DNA of 64,000 bases, from NCBI GenBank assembly GCA_013416795.1, contig RQSC01000010.1, positions 235,437-299,436 on the forward strand, written 5' to 3'. The notes under the pieces were generated by a model. It saw nothing but the letters and a program-made list of their open reading frames with translations, was not told where the DNA came from and did not search any database. Below are positions 12,956 to 26,950 of the stretch, piece after piece (positions within the stretch are counted from its first letter, which is position 1; the number at the start of each line of letters is the position of its first letter). A program made the translations under genes and the position numbers. The stretch is from Prasinococcaceae sp. CCMP 1430 (lineage: Eukaryota > Plantae > Prasinodermophyta).

Positions 12956-14383
12956 ATGGCACCACAAACAGAAACTAAAACAGGAACAGGGTTCCAAGCC
13001 GGGGTAAAAGATTACCGTCTAACTTACTACACTCCAGAGTACGTTGTTAAGGATACTGATATTCTTGCAGCATTCCGTGTACAGCCTCAGCCAGGTGTAC
13101 CAGCTGAAGAGGTTGCTGCAGCAGTAGCAGCTGAATCATCTACAGGTACTTGGACAACTGTATGGACTGATGGTCTAACTTCTCTTGACCGTTACAAGGG
13201 TCGTTGTTACGATATTGAGCCAGTTGCTGGTGAAGACGATTCTTACATCGTATACGTAGCTTACCCTCTAGATCTATTTGAAGAAGGTTCTGTAACTAAC
13301 CTATTTACTTCAATTGTTGGTAACGTATTTGGTTTTAAGGCTTTACGTTCACTTCGTCTAGAAGATTTACGTATTCCTCCAGCTTACGTTAAGACTTTCA
13401 CTGGTCCTCCTCATGGTATTCAGGTTGAGCGTGATAAGCTAAACAAGTACGGACGTGCTCTACTAGGTTGTACTATTAAGCCTAAGCTAGGTCTTTCTGC
13501 TAAGAACTACGGTCGTGCAGTATACGAATGTCTTCGTGGTGGTCTTGATTTCACTAAGGATGATGAGAACGTAAACTCTCAGCCATTCATGCGTTGGCGT
13601 GATCGTTTCCTTTTCGTAGCAGAGGCTTCTTACAAGGCTCAAGCAGAAACTGGAGAGGTTAAGGGTCATTACCTAAACGCAACTGCTGCTACTTGTGAAG
13701 AAATGCTTAAGCGTGCAGCTTGTGCTAAGGATCTAGGTGTTCCAATTATTATGCATGACTACCTAACTGGTGGTTTCACTGCTAACACTTCTCTAGCTCA
13801 CTACTGTCGTGATAACGGTCTTCTTCTACACATTCACCGTGCGATGCACGCTGTAATTGACCGTCAGCGTAACCACGGTATTCACTTCCGTGTACTTGCT
13901 AAGGCTCTACGTATGTCTGGTGGTGATCACCTTCACTCAGGTACTGTTGTAGGTAAGCTTGAGGGTGAACGTGAAGTAACTCTAGGTTTCGTAGACCTAA
14001 TGCGTGATGACTACATTGAGAAGGACCGTTCTCGTGGTGTATACTTCACTCAGGATTGGGTTTCTATGGGTGGTGTTATGCCAGTAGCTTCTGGTGGTAT
14101 TCACGTATGGCACATGCCAGCTCTAGTTGATATCTTCGGTGACGATGCATGTCTACAGTTCGGTGGTGGTACTCTAGGACACCCTTGGGGTAACGCACCA
14201 GGTGCTGCAGCTAACCGTGTAGCTCTTGAGGCTTGTGTTCAGGCTCGTAACGAAGGACGTTCTCTAGCTCGTGAAGGTGGAGATATTATTCGTGCAGCTT
14301 GTAAGTGGTCTCCTGAACTAGCTTCAGCTTGTGAAGTTTGGAAAGAGATTAAGTTCGAATTCGAAACTATTGATACTCTTTAA
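12956..14383 (+). CDS. rbcL: RuBisCO large subunit (green form IB)
   Basis: [24 protein letters not shown]. Confidence 0.99.
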   Translation: MAPQTETKTGTGFQAGVKDYRLTYYTPEYVVKDTDILAAFRVQPQPGVPAEEVAAAVAAESSTGTWTTVWTDGLTSLDRYKGRCYDIEPVAGEDDSYIVYVAYPLDLFEEGSVTNLFTSIVGNVFGFKALRSLRLEDLRIPPAYVKTFTGPPHGIQVERDKLNKYGRALLGCTIKPKLGLSAKNYGRAVYECLRGGLDFTKDDENVNSQPFMRWRDRFLFVAEASYKAQAETGEVKGHYLNATAATCEEMLKRAACAKDLGVPIIMHDYLTGGFTANTSLAHYCRDNGLLLHIHRAMHAVIDRQRNHGIHFRVLAKALRMSGGDHLHSGTVVGKLEGEREVTLGFVDLMRDDYIEKDRSRGVYFTQDWVSMGGVMPVASGGIHVWHMPALVDIFGDDACLQFGGGTLGHPWGNAPGAAANRVALEACVQARNEGRSLAREGGDIIRAACKWSPELASACEVWKEIKFEFETIDTL

Positions 14384-14723
14384 TCTATTTTAATATATTT
14401 TAGATTCCTTTTATGGAATCTAAAATGTATTAAATTTAATAATTCTTATTAATTATTTGTTTAAATTTTGTTTTTTCGATTTTTTATTTAAATTTCTTTG
14501 TAGGAACAATAATGCTTAATAATATTTAATTTAAATAAGTCTTAAAGAGGCTATATGACTTTTTAACCTTCCTTAATTTGGTATTATTTATAACGTAAAG
14601 ATGTAAAACAAAAATCTTTGCAAATGTACAGTAACAAAGAATTCTGATCGTGTACTACAAAATATAAAGTTTTGTAAAAATTTATTTATTGTTTAGTCAA
14701 ACAATAAAATGGGAAAATATATA

Positions 14724-14730
14724 TAAAAAA

Positions 14731-14765
<35 letters not shown>

Positions 14766-14993
14766 TATGCTTAACACATGCAAGTCGTACGAAAACTTTT
14801 TTTGCTTGCAAAGAAAGTTTTAGTGGCGAACGGGTGAGTAACGCGTAAGAATCTGCCCTCAGGAAGGGGATAACAGTGGGAAACTACTGCTAATACCCTA
14901 TAAGCGCATGCGTAAAAGCCTTCGGGCACCTGGGGATGAGCTTGCGTCTGATTAGCTAGTTGGTGAGGTAATGGCTTACCAAGGCGATGATCA

Positions 14994-15048
<55 letters not shown>

Positions 15049-15591
15049 TCTACGGGAGGCAGCAGTGGGGAATTTTCCGCAATGGGCGAAAGCCTGACGG
15101 AGCAATACCGCGTGGAGGATGACGGCCTATGGGTTGTAAACTCCTTTTCTTTGAGAAGAAGTCCTGACGGTATCAAAGGAATAAGCATCGGCTAACTCCG
15201 TGCCAGCAGCCGCGGTAAGACGGAGGATGCAAGTGTTATCCGGAATTATTGGGCGTAAAGCGTTTGTAGGTGGAAAAATAAGTCTATTGTTAAATCCAGG
15301 AGCTTAACTTCTGTCCAGCGATATGAAACTATTTTTCTTGAGGGTGGTAGGGGTAGAAGGAATTCCTAGTGTAGCGGTGAAATGCGTAGATATTAGGAAG
15401 AACACCAAAGGCGAAGGCATTCTACTGGGCCAATCCTGACACTGAGAGACGAAAGCTAGGGGAGCGAATGGGATTAGATACCCCAGTAGTCCTAGCCGTA
15501 AACGATGGATACTAGGGGATACGCGAATCGACTCGTGTATGCTCGCAGTTCACACAGTAAGTATCCCGCCTGGGGAGTACGCTCGCAAGGG

Positions 15592-15648
<57 letters not shown>

Positions 15649-15740
15649 TGATGCAACGCGAAGAACCTTACCAGGACTTGACATACCATAGACATTTTTA
15701 TGAGAGTAATTATTTCCTTCGGGACTATGGATACAGGTGG

Positions 15741-15806
<66 letters not shown>

Positions 15807-16060
15807 TCTTTTGTTACCCCTATCGAGAGATAGGGGGAATCGAAAGAGACTGCCGGTCATAAACCGGAGGAAGGTGAGGATGACGTCAAGTCAGCATGCC
15901 CCTTACGTTCTGGGCCACACACGTGCTACAATGGGCAAGACAATAAGTAGCTAACCTGCGAAGGTACGCAAATCTAAGAAACTTGCCCTCAGTTCGGATT
16001 GGAGGCTGCAACTCGCCTCCATGAAGTCGGAATCGCTAGTAATCGCCGGTCAGCCATACG

Positions 16061-16113
<53 letters not shown>

Positions 16114-16233
16114 TGGCTATGCCCGAAGTCATTACCCCAACCTCGGAGGGGGATGCCTAAGGCAGAGTTAGTAACTAGGGTGAAGTCGTAACAAGGTAGC
16201 CGTACTGGAAGGTGCGGCTGGATCACCTCCTTA
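14724..16233 (+). rRNA. rrs: 16S rRNA (ends approximate)
   Basis: AGAGTTTGATCCTGGCTCAG at 14731, GTGCCAGCAGCCGCGG, anti-SD GATCACCTCCTT ending at 16232. Confidence 0.98.
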
Positions 16234-16330
16234 ACTATCTTATTCTATTAAGCATAGTTGTCGATCACATCAGAAATTCTACTGTAATCTATCTATTCAA
16301 ACAATGAATGGACTATAAAACACCTTTTGT

Positions 16331-16346
16331 GGGCTATTAGCTCAGG

Positions 16347-16389
<43 letters not shown>

Positions 16390-16404
16390 GTCCAGAATAG
16401 CCCA
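16331..16404 (+). tRNA. trnI: tRNA-Ile(GAU), intronless
   Basis: rDNA spacer cloverleaf, anticodon loop CTGATAA. Confidence 0.96.
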
Positions 16405-16407
16405 GGT

Positions 16408-16480
16408 GGGGGTATAGCTTAGTTGGTAGAGCACTGCCTTTGCAAGGCAGATGTCAGCGGTTCAAGTCCGCTTACCTCCA
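16408..16480 (+). tRNA. trnA: tRNA-Ala(UGC), intronless
   Basis: rDNA spacer cloverleaf, anticodon loop TTTGCAA. Confidence 0.96.
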
Positions 16481-16523
16481 GAGAGAGTTTAACTCTCTAT
16501 ATAGCATTATAAAAAAGAAAAAG

Positions 16524-18272
16524 ATCAATAAACAAAGGGCATATGGGGGATACCTAGGTATCAAGAGTCGAAGAAGGGCGTAAAAACCGACGATATGCTT
16601 CATGGAGCTGGCATTAAGCTATGATATGAAGATTCCCGAATAGGATAACCTTTAAAACATTTTTCTGAATGCATAGGAAAAAATGAGAAAACCAAGTGAA
16701 CTGAAACATCTTAGTAGCTTGTGGAAAAGAAAGCAAAAGCGATTCCCGGAGTAGTGGCGAACGAAATGGGAACAGCCCAAAAGTTAACTTATTTGATTAA
16801 CTGGTTGAGGGAGTCCAAAATCTTAAAATTATATATTTACGCGAATTGTTTGAATGACAAACCAAAGAAAGTGATAGTCTTGTAGCTTAAAATTTATAAA
16901 ACTAAAGAGTGACATCCCAAGTAGCATGAAACATGTGGAATTTCGTGTGAATCTGCGAGAACCACCTCGTAAGGCTAAATACTCCTTGATGACCGATAGT
17001 GAACAGTACCGCGAGGGAATGGTGAAAAGAACCCCCATAGGGGAGTGAAAAAGAATATGAAACCGTATGCTTACAAGCAGTAGGAGGACGATTTAACGTT
17101 TGACTGCGTGCCTGTTGAAGAATGAGCCGGCGACTCTTTGCATGTGGCTTGGTTAATGAGTTCCGCTCAGAAGCCTAAGCGAAAGCGAGTGTGAATAGCG
17201 CGTTTGTCATATGTAAAGGACCCGAACCCGGGTGATCTACCCATGGGCAGGATGAATCCCCAGTAAAATGGGGTGGAGGTCCGAACCGACTTATGTTGAA
17301 AAATGAGCGGATGACCTGTGGGTAGGGGTGAAATGCCAATCGAACTCGGAGCTAGCTGGTTCTCCCCGAAATGCGTTGAGGCGCAGCGGTAATTTATGGT
17401 CCACAAAGGGGTAAAGCACTGTTTTAATGCGGGCGGAGAGATCTGTACCAAATTAATGCAAACTCAGAATACTTTGTGTGATTTCAAAGTGCCAGTAAGA
17501 CTGTGGGGGATAAGCTCCATTGTCAAGAGGGAAACAGCCCAGACCACCGGCTAAGGCCCCAAAATGTATGCTAAGTGGTAAAGGAAGTGACAACGCAAAG
17601 ACAATCAGAAGGTTCGCCTAGAAGCAGCTATCCTTTAAAGAGTTCGTAACAGATCACTGATCAAGCGTCGTTGCACCGAAAATGAAAGGGACTAAGTATA
17701 CTGCCGAAGCTGTGGGATCAACTTTTAAACGTTGATCGGTAGGGGAGCGTTCTGTTCTTGATTGAAGCATGATCGAAAGGACATGTGGACAAAACAGAAG
17801 TGAGAATGTCGGCTTGAGTAGCGAAAACATGGGTGAGAATCCCATGCCCTGAGACCCTAAGGTTTCCTCTCGCAAGGCTCGTCCGCGGAGGGTTAGTCAG
17901 GAACTAAGGCGAGGCCGAACGGCGTAGTCGATGACAATTAGGTTAATATTCCTAAACTTTCTAAAAATTAGTTATTTGTGACGGCAATAACAATTCTATC
18001 ATAGCTGCATGGTGTTTATGATATCGTTCACATTGTCCAAGAAAAGCAGAATATCATGTGTTTTTAGAAACCTGTACCAGAAACCGACACAGGTAGGGTG
18101 GTTGAGAAGACCAAGGGGCGCGAGTGAACTCTCTCTAAGGAACTCGGCAAAATGACCCCGTAACTTCGGGAGAAGGGGTGCCTCACCAGCAATGGGGGGC
18201 CACAGTAACAAGACCCAAGCAACTGTTTATCAAAAACACAGGTCTCCGCAAAGTCGTAAGACAACGTATGGG

Positions 18273-18303
<31 letters not shown>

Positions 18304-18333
18304 TTGCGGTGGTTAGTGAAGAACGAAGCCATC

Positions 18334-18428
<95 letters not shown>

Positions 18429-18682
18429 TGATTTGGGTACTGTCTCGGAGAGAGGCTCGGCGAAATAGAATTGTCTGTGAAGATGCGGACTACCCCCACC
18501 AGGACAGAAAGACCCTATGAAGCTTTACTGTAGCTTGAAATTGTTGCCGAGTATATCGTGTGCAGCTTAGGTGGGAGGCGTTGATTATGTATTTCCGGAT
18601 ACATTGGAGCCATTAGTGAGATACCACTCTCGATATACTCAGCATCTCATCATATACTTTTAGCAAGTTATGAGACAGTTTT

Positions 18683-18714
<32 letters not shown>

Positions 18715-18908
18715 CAAAAAGTAACGGAGGCGTACAAAGGTATCCTCAGGCTGTTTAGAAATCAGCTGTGGCGTGCAAAGGCATAAGGATGCTTGACTGC
18801 AAGACCTACAAGTCGAGCAGGGACGAAAGTCGGTCTTAGTGATCCGACGGTTCCGTGTGGAAGGGCCGTCGCTCAACGGATAAAAGTTACTCTAGGGATA
18901 ACAGGCTG

Positions 18909-18968
<60 letters not shown>

Positions 18969-19013
18969 ACCTGGGGCGGAAGTACGTCCCAAGGGTTGGG
19001 CTGTTCGCCCATG

Positions 19014-19061
<48 letters not shown>

Positions 19062-19336
19062 ATATCCGGTGGAGGCGTTAGAGTATTGAGAGGATTCTTC
19101 CTTAGTACGAGAGGACCGGGAAGGACACACAACCGGTATACCAGTTATTGTTGCCAACGGTAAACGCTGGGTAGCTTTGTGTGGAGTGGATAACTGCTGA
19201 AAGCATCTAAGTAGGAAGCCCACCTCAAGATGAGTACTCTCTAAGGTCACGGTAAGAACAACCGTTAGATAGGTATCAGGTGTAAGTGCAGTAATGTATT
19301 CAGCCGAGATATACTAATAGACCGTATGAATTGATC
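16524..19336 (+). rRNA. rrl: 23S rRNA, 4.5S-equivalent region contiguous (ends approximate)
   Basis: Conserved GAACTGAAACATCTTAGTA, GGATAACAGGCTGATC, GCTGAAAGCATCTAAG; flanks 16511-16529 and 19330-19348 are exact 19-bp complements (processing stem). Confidence 0.97.
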
Positions 19337-19356
19337 TTTTTCTTTTTTTCTTATGT

Positions 19357-19473
19357 AATCGTGCTTTGAGCACAAAGGAACCACACTATTCCATCTCGAA
19401 CTAGCCTGTGAAACTTTGTAGCGAGGAACAAGGTATGGGGGACACCCCATGTAAACATTCCTTCAGTGCGATT
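19357..19473 (+). rRNA. rrf: Divergent 5S rRNA
   Basis: Follows 23S; AGGAACCACAC..TCCATCTCGAAC..GTGAAAC core; terminal helix AATCGTGCT/AGTGCGATT; 117 nt. Confidence 0.82.
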
Positions 19474-19665
19474 TTTATGTTTTTTTAATTTAAAGTATTT
19501 AACCAGAAGTATTTTTTTGATAACTTTTCGTTGATAAAATGAAAAATAAAAGTAAAGTAAAAATAAAATTATTCTAAGGTATAATATATAGTAGAGATAA
19601 TAAAAAGAGAAAGTAATTTTAGTTTTGGTTCTTTTTATTATATTTTATTATTGGAGAATTTTATT

Positions 19666-20724
19666 ATGACAATTGCTATCGGTAAAGAACAGCAAAATCG
19701 TGGCTGGTTTGACCAAGTTGATGATTGGTTAAAGCGTGACCGTTTCGTATTCGTAGGATGGTCTGGGCTACTTCTACTTCCATGTGCTTATAATGCACTT
19801 GGTGGTTGGTTAACAGGTATTACTTTTGTAACATCTTGGTATACTCATGGTCTTGCATCTTCATTCCTTGAAGGTTGTAACTTCCTAACTGCAGCGGTTT
19901 CAACGCCTGCTAACGCTATGGGACATTCATTACTACTTATTTGGGGTCCTGAAGCTCAAGGTGATATTACACGTTGGTTCCAGCTTGGAGGTCTTTGGAC
20001 ATTCGTAGCACTACACGGATCATTTGGTCTAATTGGTTTCATGTTACGACAGTTTGAAATTGCTCGTGCTGTAGGACTACGTCCTTACAACGCTATTGCT
20101 TTCTCAGCACCAATTTCAGTATTTGTTTCTGTATTCTTAATTTACCCACTAGGACAATCTGGTTGGTTCTTCGCACCAAGTTTTGGTGTAGCAGGAATTT
20201 TCCGATTCATTCTTTTCTTCCAAGGTTTCCATAACTGGACACTAAACCCATTCCATATGATGGGTGTTGCTGGTGTACTTGGTGCTGCACTTCTATGTGC
20301 AATTCACGGTGCAACTGTAGAGAACACAATTTTTGAAGATGGTGATGGAGCAAACACTTTCCGTGCATTCAACCCAACTCAATCAGAAGAAACATACTCA
20401 ATGGTAACAGCAAACCGTTTTTGGTCACAAATTTTCGGTATTGCATTCTCTAACAAGCGTTGGTTACACTTCTTCATGCTATTTGTACCTGTAACAGGTC
20501 TATGGATGAGTGCTATTGGTGTTGTTGGATTAGCTTTAAACCTTCGTGCTTATGATTTCGTTTCTCAGGAAATCCGTGCTGCGGAAGATCCAGAATTTGA
20601 AACATTCTATACTAAAAACATTCTACTAAACGAAGGTATTCGTGCATGGATGGCTGTTCAAGACCAACCACACGAACAACTTGTATTCCCAGAGGAGGTA
20701 CTGCCACGTGGAAACGCTCTTTAA
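19666..20724 (+). CDS. psbD: Photosystem II D2
   Basis: MTIAIGK...[10 protein letters not shown]; ATG 19666 after GGAG SD. Confidence 0.99.
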   Translation: MTIAIGKEQQNRGWFDQVDDWLKRDRFVFVGWSGLLLLPCAYNALGGWLTGITFVTSWYTHGLASSFLEGCNFLTAAVSTPANAMGHSLLLIWGPEAQGDITRWFQLGGLWTFVALHGSFGLIGFMLRQFEIARAVGLRPYNAIAFSAPISVFVSVFLIYPLGQSGWFFAPSFGVAGIFRFILFFQGFHNWTLNPFHMMGVAGVLGAALLCAIHGATVENTIFEDGDGANTFRAFNPTQSEETYSMVTANRFWSQIFGIAFSNKRWLHFFMLFVPVTGLWMSAIGVVGLALNLRAYDFVSQEIRAAEDPEFETFYTKNILLNEGIRAWMAVQDQPHEQLVFPEEVLPRGNAL

Positions 20725-22093
20725 TGGAAGTCTTGTTATTGGTGGACGTGATCAAGAATCAACAGGATTTGCTTGGTGGTCTGGTAACGCACGTCTAATT
20801 AATCTTTCAGGAAAATTATTAGGTGCACACGTTGCACATGCTGGTCTTATCGTTTTTTGGGCTGGAGCTATGAACCTATTTGAGGTTGCTCACTTTGTAC
20901 CAGAAAAACCTATGTACGAGCAGGGTCTTATTTTATTACCACACCTAGCAGCTCTAGGTTGGGGTGTTGGACCTGGTGGTGAAGTTATTGATACATACCC
21001 ATACTTTGTATCAGGTGTACTTCACTTAATTTCTTCAGCAGTTTTAGGTTTCGGTGGTGTTTACCACTCACTTTTAGGTCCTGAAACACTAGAAGAATCT
21101 TTCCCATTCTTTGGATATGTTTGGAAAGATAAGAACAAGATGACAACAATTTTAGGTATTCACCTTGTTGTTCTTGGAATCGGAGCATTCCTTTTCGTTT
21201 GGAAAGCTATGTACTTCGGTGGAATCTATGATACATGGGCTCCAGGTGGTGGAGATGTTCGAATTGTAACAAACCCAACACTTAACCCAGGTATTATTTT
21301 TGGTTATCTTTTAAAGTCACCATTTGGTGGTGACGGTTGGATTTGTTCTGTAGATAACCTTGAAGACGTTGTTGGAGGTCATATTTGGATTGGTTCAATC
21401 GAAATTCTTGGTGGTTTCTGGCATATCTTTACAAAGCCATGGGCTTGGGCACGTCGTGCATTTGTATGGTCTGGTGAAGCTTACCTTTCATACAGTCTTG
21501 CAGCTGTTTCAACAATGGCATTTATTGCAGTACCAATGGTTTGGTACAACAATACTGTTTATCCTAGTGAATTCTTTGGTCCAACTGCGGCTGAAGCTTC
21601 ACAGTCTCAGACATTCACTTTCCTTGTACGTGACCAGCGTTTAGGTGCTAACGTTGCATCTGCACAAGGTCCAACAGGTCTTGGTAAGTACTTAATGCGT
21701 TCTCCTACTGGTGAAATTATTTTCGGTGGTGAAACAATGCGTTTCTGGGATTTCCGTGGTCCATGGGTAGAACCTTTACGTGGTCCTAACGGTTTAGATC
21801 TAAACAAAATTAAAAATGATATTCAGCCATGGCAAGAACGTCGTGCTGCTGAGTACATGACACATGCACCACTTGGTTCATTAAACTCAGTTGGTGGTGT
21901 AGCAACAGAAATTAACGCTGTAAACTATGTTAACCCACGTTCATGGTTAGCTACGTCTCATTTCTGTCTAGCATTCTTCTTCTTTGTAGCTCACTTATGG
22001 CATGCTGGTCGTGCTCGTGCTGCTGCAGCCGGGTTTGAGAAGGGTATTGATCGTGATACTGAACCAGTATTATCAATGCGTCCACTTGACTAA
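20708..22093 (+). CDS. psbC: Photosystem II CP43 (GTG start overlapping psbD by 17 nt)
   Basis: GGAGG SD then GTG GAA ACG CTC TTT AAT; [11 protein letters not shown]. Confidence 0.98.
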   Translation: METLFNGSLVIGGRDQESTGFAWWSGNARLINLSGKLLGAHVAHAGLIVFWAGAMNLFEVAHFVPEKPMYEQGLILLPHLAALGWGVGPGGEVIDTYPYFVSGVLHLISSAVLGFGGVYHSLLGPETLEESFPFFGYVWKDKNKMTTILGIHLVVLGIGAFLFVWKAMYFGGIYDTWAPGGGDVRIVTNPTLNPGIIFGYLLKSPFGGDGWICSVDNLEDVVGGHIWIGSIEILGGFWHIFTKPWAWARRAFVWSGEAYLSYSLAAVSTMAFIAVPMVWYNNTVYPSEFFGPTAAEASQSQTFTFLVRDQRLGANVASAQGPTGLGKYLMRSPTGEIIFGGETMRFWDFRGPWVEPLRGPNGLDLNKIKNDIQPWQERRAAEYMTHAPLGSLNSVGGVATEINAVNYVNPRSWLATSHFCLAFFFFVAHLWHAGRARAAAAGFEKGIDRDTEPVLSMRPLD

Positions 22094-22320
22094 TTTTAAT
22101 ATTAGTTAGTGTTAACCTTATAATTTTATTGTTGTTCTGTTTAAAAACAGAACAACAATAATTAGATTTTTTCTATTAATAATTTTTTTTATTTGACTAT
22201 TTATTTTTGTAATTTGAAATTAAATTATTTAGGTTTAATTTATATTATTAACTTATGTCAATAAGTAATCTTAGCTTAGGAACTATCAATAATAATAAAA
22301 TTTATTTTTGTTTTCACGTT

Positions 22321-22391
22321 TTATAATCTATAAAGTATTTAAGTAAAAAGGTTGAAATTGCCTTTTTACTTAAATACTTTATAGATTATAA
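22321..22391. terminator. 31-bp inverted repeat between convergent psbC and psaB
   Basis: ttataatctataaagtatttaagtaaaaagg-9 nt-cctttttacttaaatactttatagattataa. Confidence 0.85.
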
Positions 22392-22433
22392 TAGTAAATT
22401 ATAAACTCCTAACTATTTAACTTGCAGTAAAAT

Positions 22434-24638
22434 TTAACCAAATTTACCACTCGTCGATGCAATTAGGAAAGATGCATATGTAAAGATAAATCCAACTCCG
22501 TAATGAGCTAAACCTACTAAACGTGCTTGTAGAATTGATAATGCTACTGGTTTATCTTGCCAACGAATTAGGTTTGCAATTGGAGTACGTTCGTGTGCCC
22601 AAGCCAGAGTTTCAATAAGCTCTTGCCAGTAACCACGCCATGAAATTAGGAACATGAAACCAACTGCCCAGATTAAGTGTGCAAATAGGAATGTCCATGC
22701 CCATACAGATAAACTGTTCATACCAAAAGCATTATAACCGTTAATTAATTGTGATGAGTTTAACCATAAGTAATCACGGAACCAACCTAATAAATATGTA
22801 GATGATTCATTAAATTGTGCAACATTTCCTTGCCATAACGTTAAATGCTTCCAATGCCAGTAATATGTTGTCCAAGCAATTGTATTTAACATCCAGAAAA
22901 CTGCTAAATAGAATGAATCCCATGCAGAAATATCACATGTTCCACCACGTCCAGGTCCATCACATGGGAAACTGTAACCAAAATCTTTTTTATCTGGCAT
23001 AAGTTTAGAACCACGTGCATCAAGAGCACCTTTTACTAGAATTAGTGTTGTAGTATGTAAACCTAGTGCAATTGCATGGTGAACTAAGAAATCACCAGGT
23101 CCAATTGTTAGGAATAATGAATTTGTTTTACTGTTAATCGCATTAAGCCATTCAGGTAACCAAATTCCTTTACTTGCAATTGCTGCTGGGTTCGTTGGTG
23201 ATGATAAGAAGAATTCAAATCCATAAGCTGTTTTACCATGAGCTGATTGTACAAATTGTGCAAATACTGGCTCAATTAAGATTTGTTTCTCTGGTGTACC
23301 GAAAGCTTGCATTGCATCATTATGACAATATAATCCAAGCGTATGGAAACCTAAGAATAATGAAACCCAACTTAAATGTGAAATAATTGCTTCTTTATGT
23401 TCTAAAACACGGTATAACACGTTACCTTTGTTCTTTTCTGGATCGTAATCACGGATAAAGAAAATAGCACCGTGTGCAAAAGCACCACACATAATAAATC
23501 CAGCAATATACTGGTGATGAGTGTATAATGCAGCTTGTGTTGTGAAATCTTGTGCAATAAATGCGTACGCTGGTAAAGAGTACATATGCTGTGCAACCAT
23601 TGAAGTAATGGTACCTACAGATGCTAGAGCAAGCCCTAACTGCATATGTAATGAGTTATTTAGTGTATCATATAAACCCTTATGTCCTGTACCAAGTTCA
23701 CCATCTGGTGGTGTGTGAGCATCAAGAATTTCCTGAATACTATGACCAATACCAAAGTTTGTACGGTACATATGACCCGCCACAATAAATACTACTGCAA
23801 TAGCTAAATGGTGATGTGCCATATCTGTTAGCCATAAACTTTCAGTCTGTGGGTGGAAACCACCAATAAAGGTTAGGATAGCTGTACCAGCTCCTTCTGA
23901 AGTATTAAAGATATGTCCTGATGTATCCGGGTTTTGTGCATATACACCCCAGTTACCTGAGAAGAATGGTTTTAAACCTTCAGGGTGTGGTAAAGCTGTT
24001 AGGAAGTTACCCCAACGTACATGTTGACCACGAGATTCTGGAATTGCTACGTGTACTAAGTGTCCAGTCCATGCTAATGAACTAACACCAAAAAGTCCAG
24101 ATAAGTGGTGGTTTAAACGAGACTCAGCATTTTTAAACCATGCTACGCCAGGTGTAAAACGTGGTTGTAAGTGTAACCATCCACCAAATAAAAATAGACC
24201 AGCTACAATTAATAAGAAAATTGAACCTAAATATAGGTCCATGTTAGTACGCATACCAATTGTGTACCACCATTGGTAAACACCGGAATAACAAATGTTT
24301 ACCGGTCCTAAAGCCCCACCTCGTGTGTAAGCGTTAATTGCTGATTCTCCAAAGTGTGGATCCCAAATTGCATGAGCAATCGGACGTACATGAAGTGGGT
24401 CAGCAACCCACTGTTCAAAATTACCTTGCCAAGCAACATGGAATAAGTTACCTGACGTCCATAAGAAAATGATTGCAAGTTGACCAAAATGAGAAGCAAA
24501 GATTTTACTATATAAAAGTTCTTCACTCATTCCATCATGGCTCTCAAAGTCGTGAGCTGTTGCTACTCCGAACCATAAACGACGTGTCGTTGGATCTTGT
24601 GCTAGAGCTTGACTGAATCGCGGAAATTTTTTCGCCAT
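22434..24638 (-). CDS. psaB: Photosystem I PsaB
   Basis: [30 protein letters not shown]; ATG 24638 after GGAG. Confidence 0.99.
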   Translation of the reverse strand: MAKKFPRFSQALAQDPTTRRLWFGVATAHDFESHDGMSEELLYSKIFASHFGQLAIIFLWTSGNLFHVAWQGNFEQWVADPLHVRPIAHAIWDPHFGESAINAYTRGGALGPVNICYSGVYQWWYTIGMRTNMDLYLGSIFLLIVAGLFLFGGWLHLQPRFTPGVAWFKNAESRLNHHLSGLFGVSSLAWTGHLVHVAIPESRGQHVRWGNFLTALPHPEGLKPFFSGNWGVYAQNPDTSGHIFNTSEGAGTAILTFIGGFHPQTESLWLTDMAHHHLAIAVVFIVAGHMYRTNFGIGHSIQEILDAHTPPDGELGTGHKGLYDTLNNSLHMQLGLALASVGTITSMVAQHMYSLPAYAFIAQDFTTQAALYTHHQYIAGFIMCGAFAHGAIFFIRDYDPEKNKGNVLYRVLEHKEAIISHLSWVSLFLGFHTLGLYCHNDAMQAFGTPEKQILIEPVFAQFVQSAHGKTAYGFEFFLSSPTNPAAIASKGIWLPEWLNAINSKTNSLFLTIGPGDFLVHHAIALGLHTTTLILVKGALDARGSKLMPDKKDFGYSFPCDGPGRGGTCDISAWDSFYLAVFWMLNTIAWTTYYWHWKHLTLWQGNVAQFNESSTYLLGWFRDYLWLNSSQLINGYNAFGMNSLSVWAWTFLFAHLIWAVGFMFLISWRGYWQELIETLAWAHERTPIANLIRWQDKPVALSILQARLVGLAHYGVGFIFTYASFLIASTSGKFG

Positions 24639-24694
24639 TGTTTTCTCCAAATAATATTCGATATCGAAATCTAAATTGTTTCACTTTAGGAATT

Positions 24695-26950
24695 CTATCC
24701 AACTGCACAAATACGTGCTAAGAAGAATGCCCAAGTTGTACAAATTCCACCAAGTAAGTAATGTGCAACACCTACTGCACGACCTTGTGTAATACTTAAT
24801 GCACGTGGTTGGATTGCTGGAGCAACACGAAGTTTGTTATGTGCCCATACAATAGATTCAATTAATTCCTGCCAGTATCCACGTCCACTGAATAAGAACA
24901 TTAAACTAAATGCCCAGATGAAGTGTGCAGCTAGGAATGTAAGTGAGTATGCAGAAAGTGCAGAACCATATGCCTGTAATACTTGTGATGATTGAGCCCA
25001 TAAGAAATCACGTAGCCAACCATTAATAGTGTTTGCAGTTAATGCAAAGTTACCACCTGTAATATGTGAAATACCTTGATCTGTTACTGTTCCCCATACG
25101 TCAGATTGCATTTTCCAACTGAAGTGGAAAATATCAACAGAAATACAGTTATACATCCAGAATAGACCTAAGAATACATGATCCCAACCAGATACCTGAC
25201 ATGTACCACCACGTCCAGGACCATCACATGGGAATCGGAAACCAAGATTTGCTTTATCTGGAATTAAACGTGAACTACGAGCAAAAAGTACACCTTTTAA
25301 TAAAATTAACACTGTTACATGAATAGTAAAAGCGTGAATATGGTGAACCATAAAGTCAGCAGTTCCTAATGGAATCGGCATCATTGCTACTTTTCCATTA
25401 ATTGCGATTGTATCACCACCCCAAACAGGGCTTGTGCCTAAAAGTGCATTTGGAGCTGTTAGATCTGGTGCACTCATATGTGTTTGTTGAACCCACTGTG
25501 CAAATACTGGCTGTAATTGTAACGCAGTATCTGAGAACATATCTTGTGGACGTCCTAATGCACTCATTGTATCATTATGGATGTATAAACCAAATGAATG
25601 GAATCCTAGGAAAATACATACCCAGTTTAAATGAGAAATAATAGCATCACGGTGACGAATCACACGGTCTAATACGTTGTTATAGTTATTTAATGGATCA
25701 TAATCACGAACCATAAAGATTGCCCCATGAGCCGCAGCACCACAAATACAGAATCCACCAATCCATGTATGGTGAGTAAATAGTGATAGCTGAGTTCCGT
25801 AATCAACAGCAATATATGGGTAAGCTGGCATTGCATACATGTGGTGTGCAACAATAATACTTAAAGAACCAAATAATGCAAGGTTAATAGCAAGTTGTGC
25901 ATGCCATGATGTTGTTAAAATTTCATATAGCCCTTTATGTCCGTTTCCAGTGAATGGTCCACGGTGAGCTTCAAGAATTTCTTTGAATGAGTGTCCAATA
26001 CCCCAGTTTGTACGGTACATGTGACCAGCAATAATAAATAATACTGCTACTGCTAAATGGTGGTGTGCAATATCTGTTAACCATAATGCACCTGTAACAG
26101 GGTTTAGACCACCTTTAAACGTAAGGAAATCTCCGTATGCAGCCCAGTGCATTGTAAAGAATGGTGTTAATCCTTGAGCAAAACTTGGATATAGTTGTGC
26201 CATTAATTGACGGTCAAGTAGAAATTCGTGAGGTAATGGAATTTCTTTTGGATCAATACCAGCATCTAATAATAAGTTAATTGGTAAGGCTACATGAATC
26301 TGGTGACCTGCCCAAGCTAATGATCCTAATCCTAGTAATCCAGCAAGGTGGTGGTTCATCATAGATTCAACACTTTGGAACCATTCTAGCTTTGGTGCTG
26401 CTTTATGGTAGTGGAACCAACCAGCAAAGAACATTAGCCCTGCTAATACTAATCCGCCAATAGCAGTACTATATAGTTCAAGTTCCGTTGTAATTCCGCT
26501 TGCACGCCATAACTGGAAAAATCCTGACGTAATTTGGATACCTTGGAAACCACCTCCAACATCACCATTTAAAACTTCTTGACCAACAATTGGCCATACA
26601 ACTTGTGCACTTGGTTTGATGTTTGTTGGATCAGTTAACCAAGCTTCATAGTTTGAAAAACGTGCTCCGTGGAAATACATACCACTTAGCCAAATTAAGA
26701 TGATTCCTAACTGACCGAAGTGAGCACTGAAAACTTTACGAGAAATATCTTCTAGATCGGTAGTGTGACTATCGAAATCGTGAGCATCAGCGTGTAAGTT
26801 CCAAACCCACGTAGTTGTAGTTGGACCTTTGGCTAACGTACGAGAAAAGTGTCCTGGTTTAGCCCACTTTTCAAACGATGTACTTACCGTGTTTGTATCA
26901 ACAAGAATTTTAATTTTTTTTGCTTCATGCTTTGGTGGACGAATTGTCAT
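24695..26950 (-). CDS. psaA: Photosystem I PsaA, uninterrupted
   Basis: [28 protein letters not shown]. Confidence 0.99.
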   Translation of the reverse strand: MTIRPPKHEAKKIKILVDTNTVSTSFEKWAKPGHFSRTLAKGPTTTTWVWNLHADAHDFDSHTTDLEDISRKVFSAHFGQLGIILIWLSGMYFHGARFSNYEAWLTDPTNIKPSAQVVWPIVGQEVLNGDVGGGFQGIQITSGFFQLWRASGITTELELYSTAIGGLVLAGLMFFAGWFHYHKAAPKLEWFQSVESMMNHHLAGLLGLGSLAWAGHQIHVALPINLLLDAGIDPKEIPLPHEFLLDRQLMAQLYPSFAQGLTPFFTMHWAAYGDFLTFKGGLNPVTGALWLTDIAHHHLAVAVLFIIAGHMYRTNWGIGHSFKEILEAHRGPFTGNGHKGLYEILTTSWHAQLAINLALFGSLSIIVAHHMYAMPAYPYIAVDYGTQLSLFTHHTWIGGFCICGAAAHGAIFMVRDYDPLNNYNNVLDRVIRHRDAIISHLNWVCIFLGFHSFGLYIHNDTMSALGRPQDMFSDTALQLQPVFAQWVQQTHMSAPDLTAPNALLGTSPVWGGDTIAINGKVAMMPIPLGTADFMVHHIHAFTIHVTVLILLKGVLFARSSRLIPDKANLGFRFPCDGPGRGGTCQVSGWDHVFLGLFWMYNCISVDIFHFSWKMQSDVWGTVTDQGISHITGGNFALTANTINGWLRDFLWAQSSQVLQAYGSALSAYSLTFLAAHFIWAFSLMFLFSGRGYWQELIESIVWAHNKLRVAPAIQPRALSITQGRAVGVAHYLLGGICTTWAFFLARICAVG

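Noticed and set aside
14771-19450. ORFs within the rRNA operon
   Set aside because: They lie inside 16S/23S/5S sequence. There is no LAGLIDADG or GIY-YIG motif and no insertion interrupting the rRNAs, so they are not intron-encoded endonucleases.
14724-19473. Large rDNA inverted repeat
   Set aside because: Only one rRNA operon is in the window, flanked by rbcL and psbD; no second copy is visible, though the rest of the genome is unseen.
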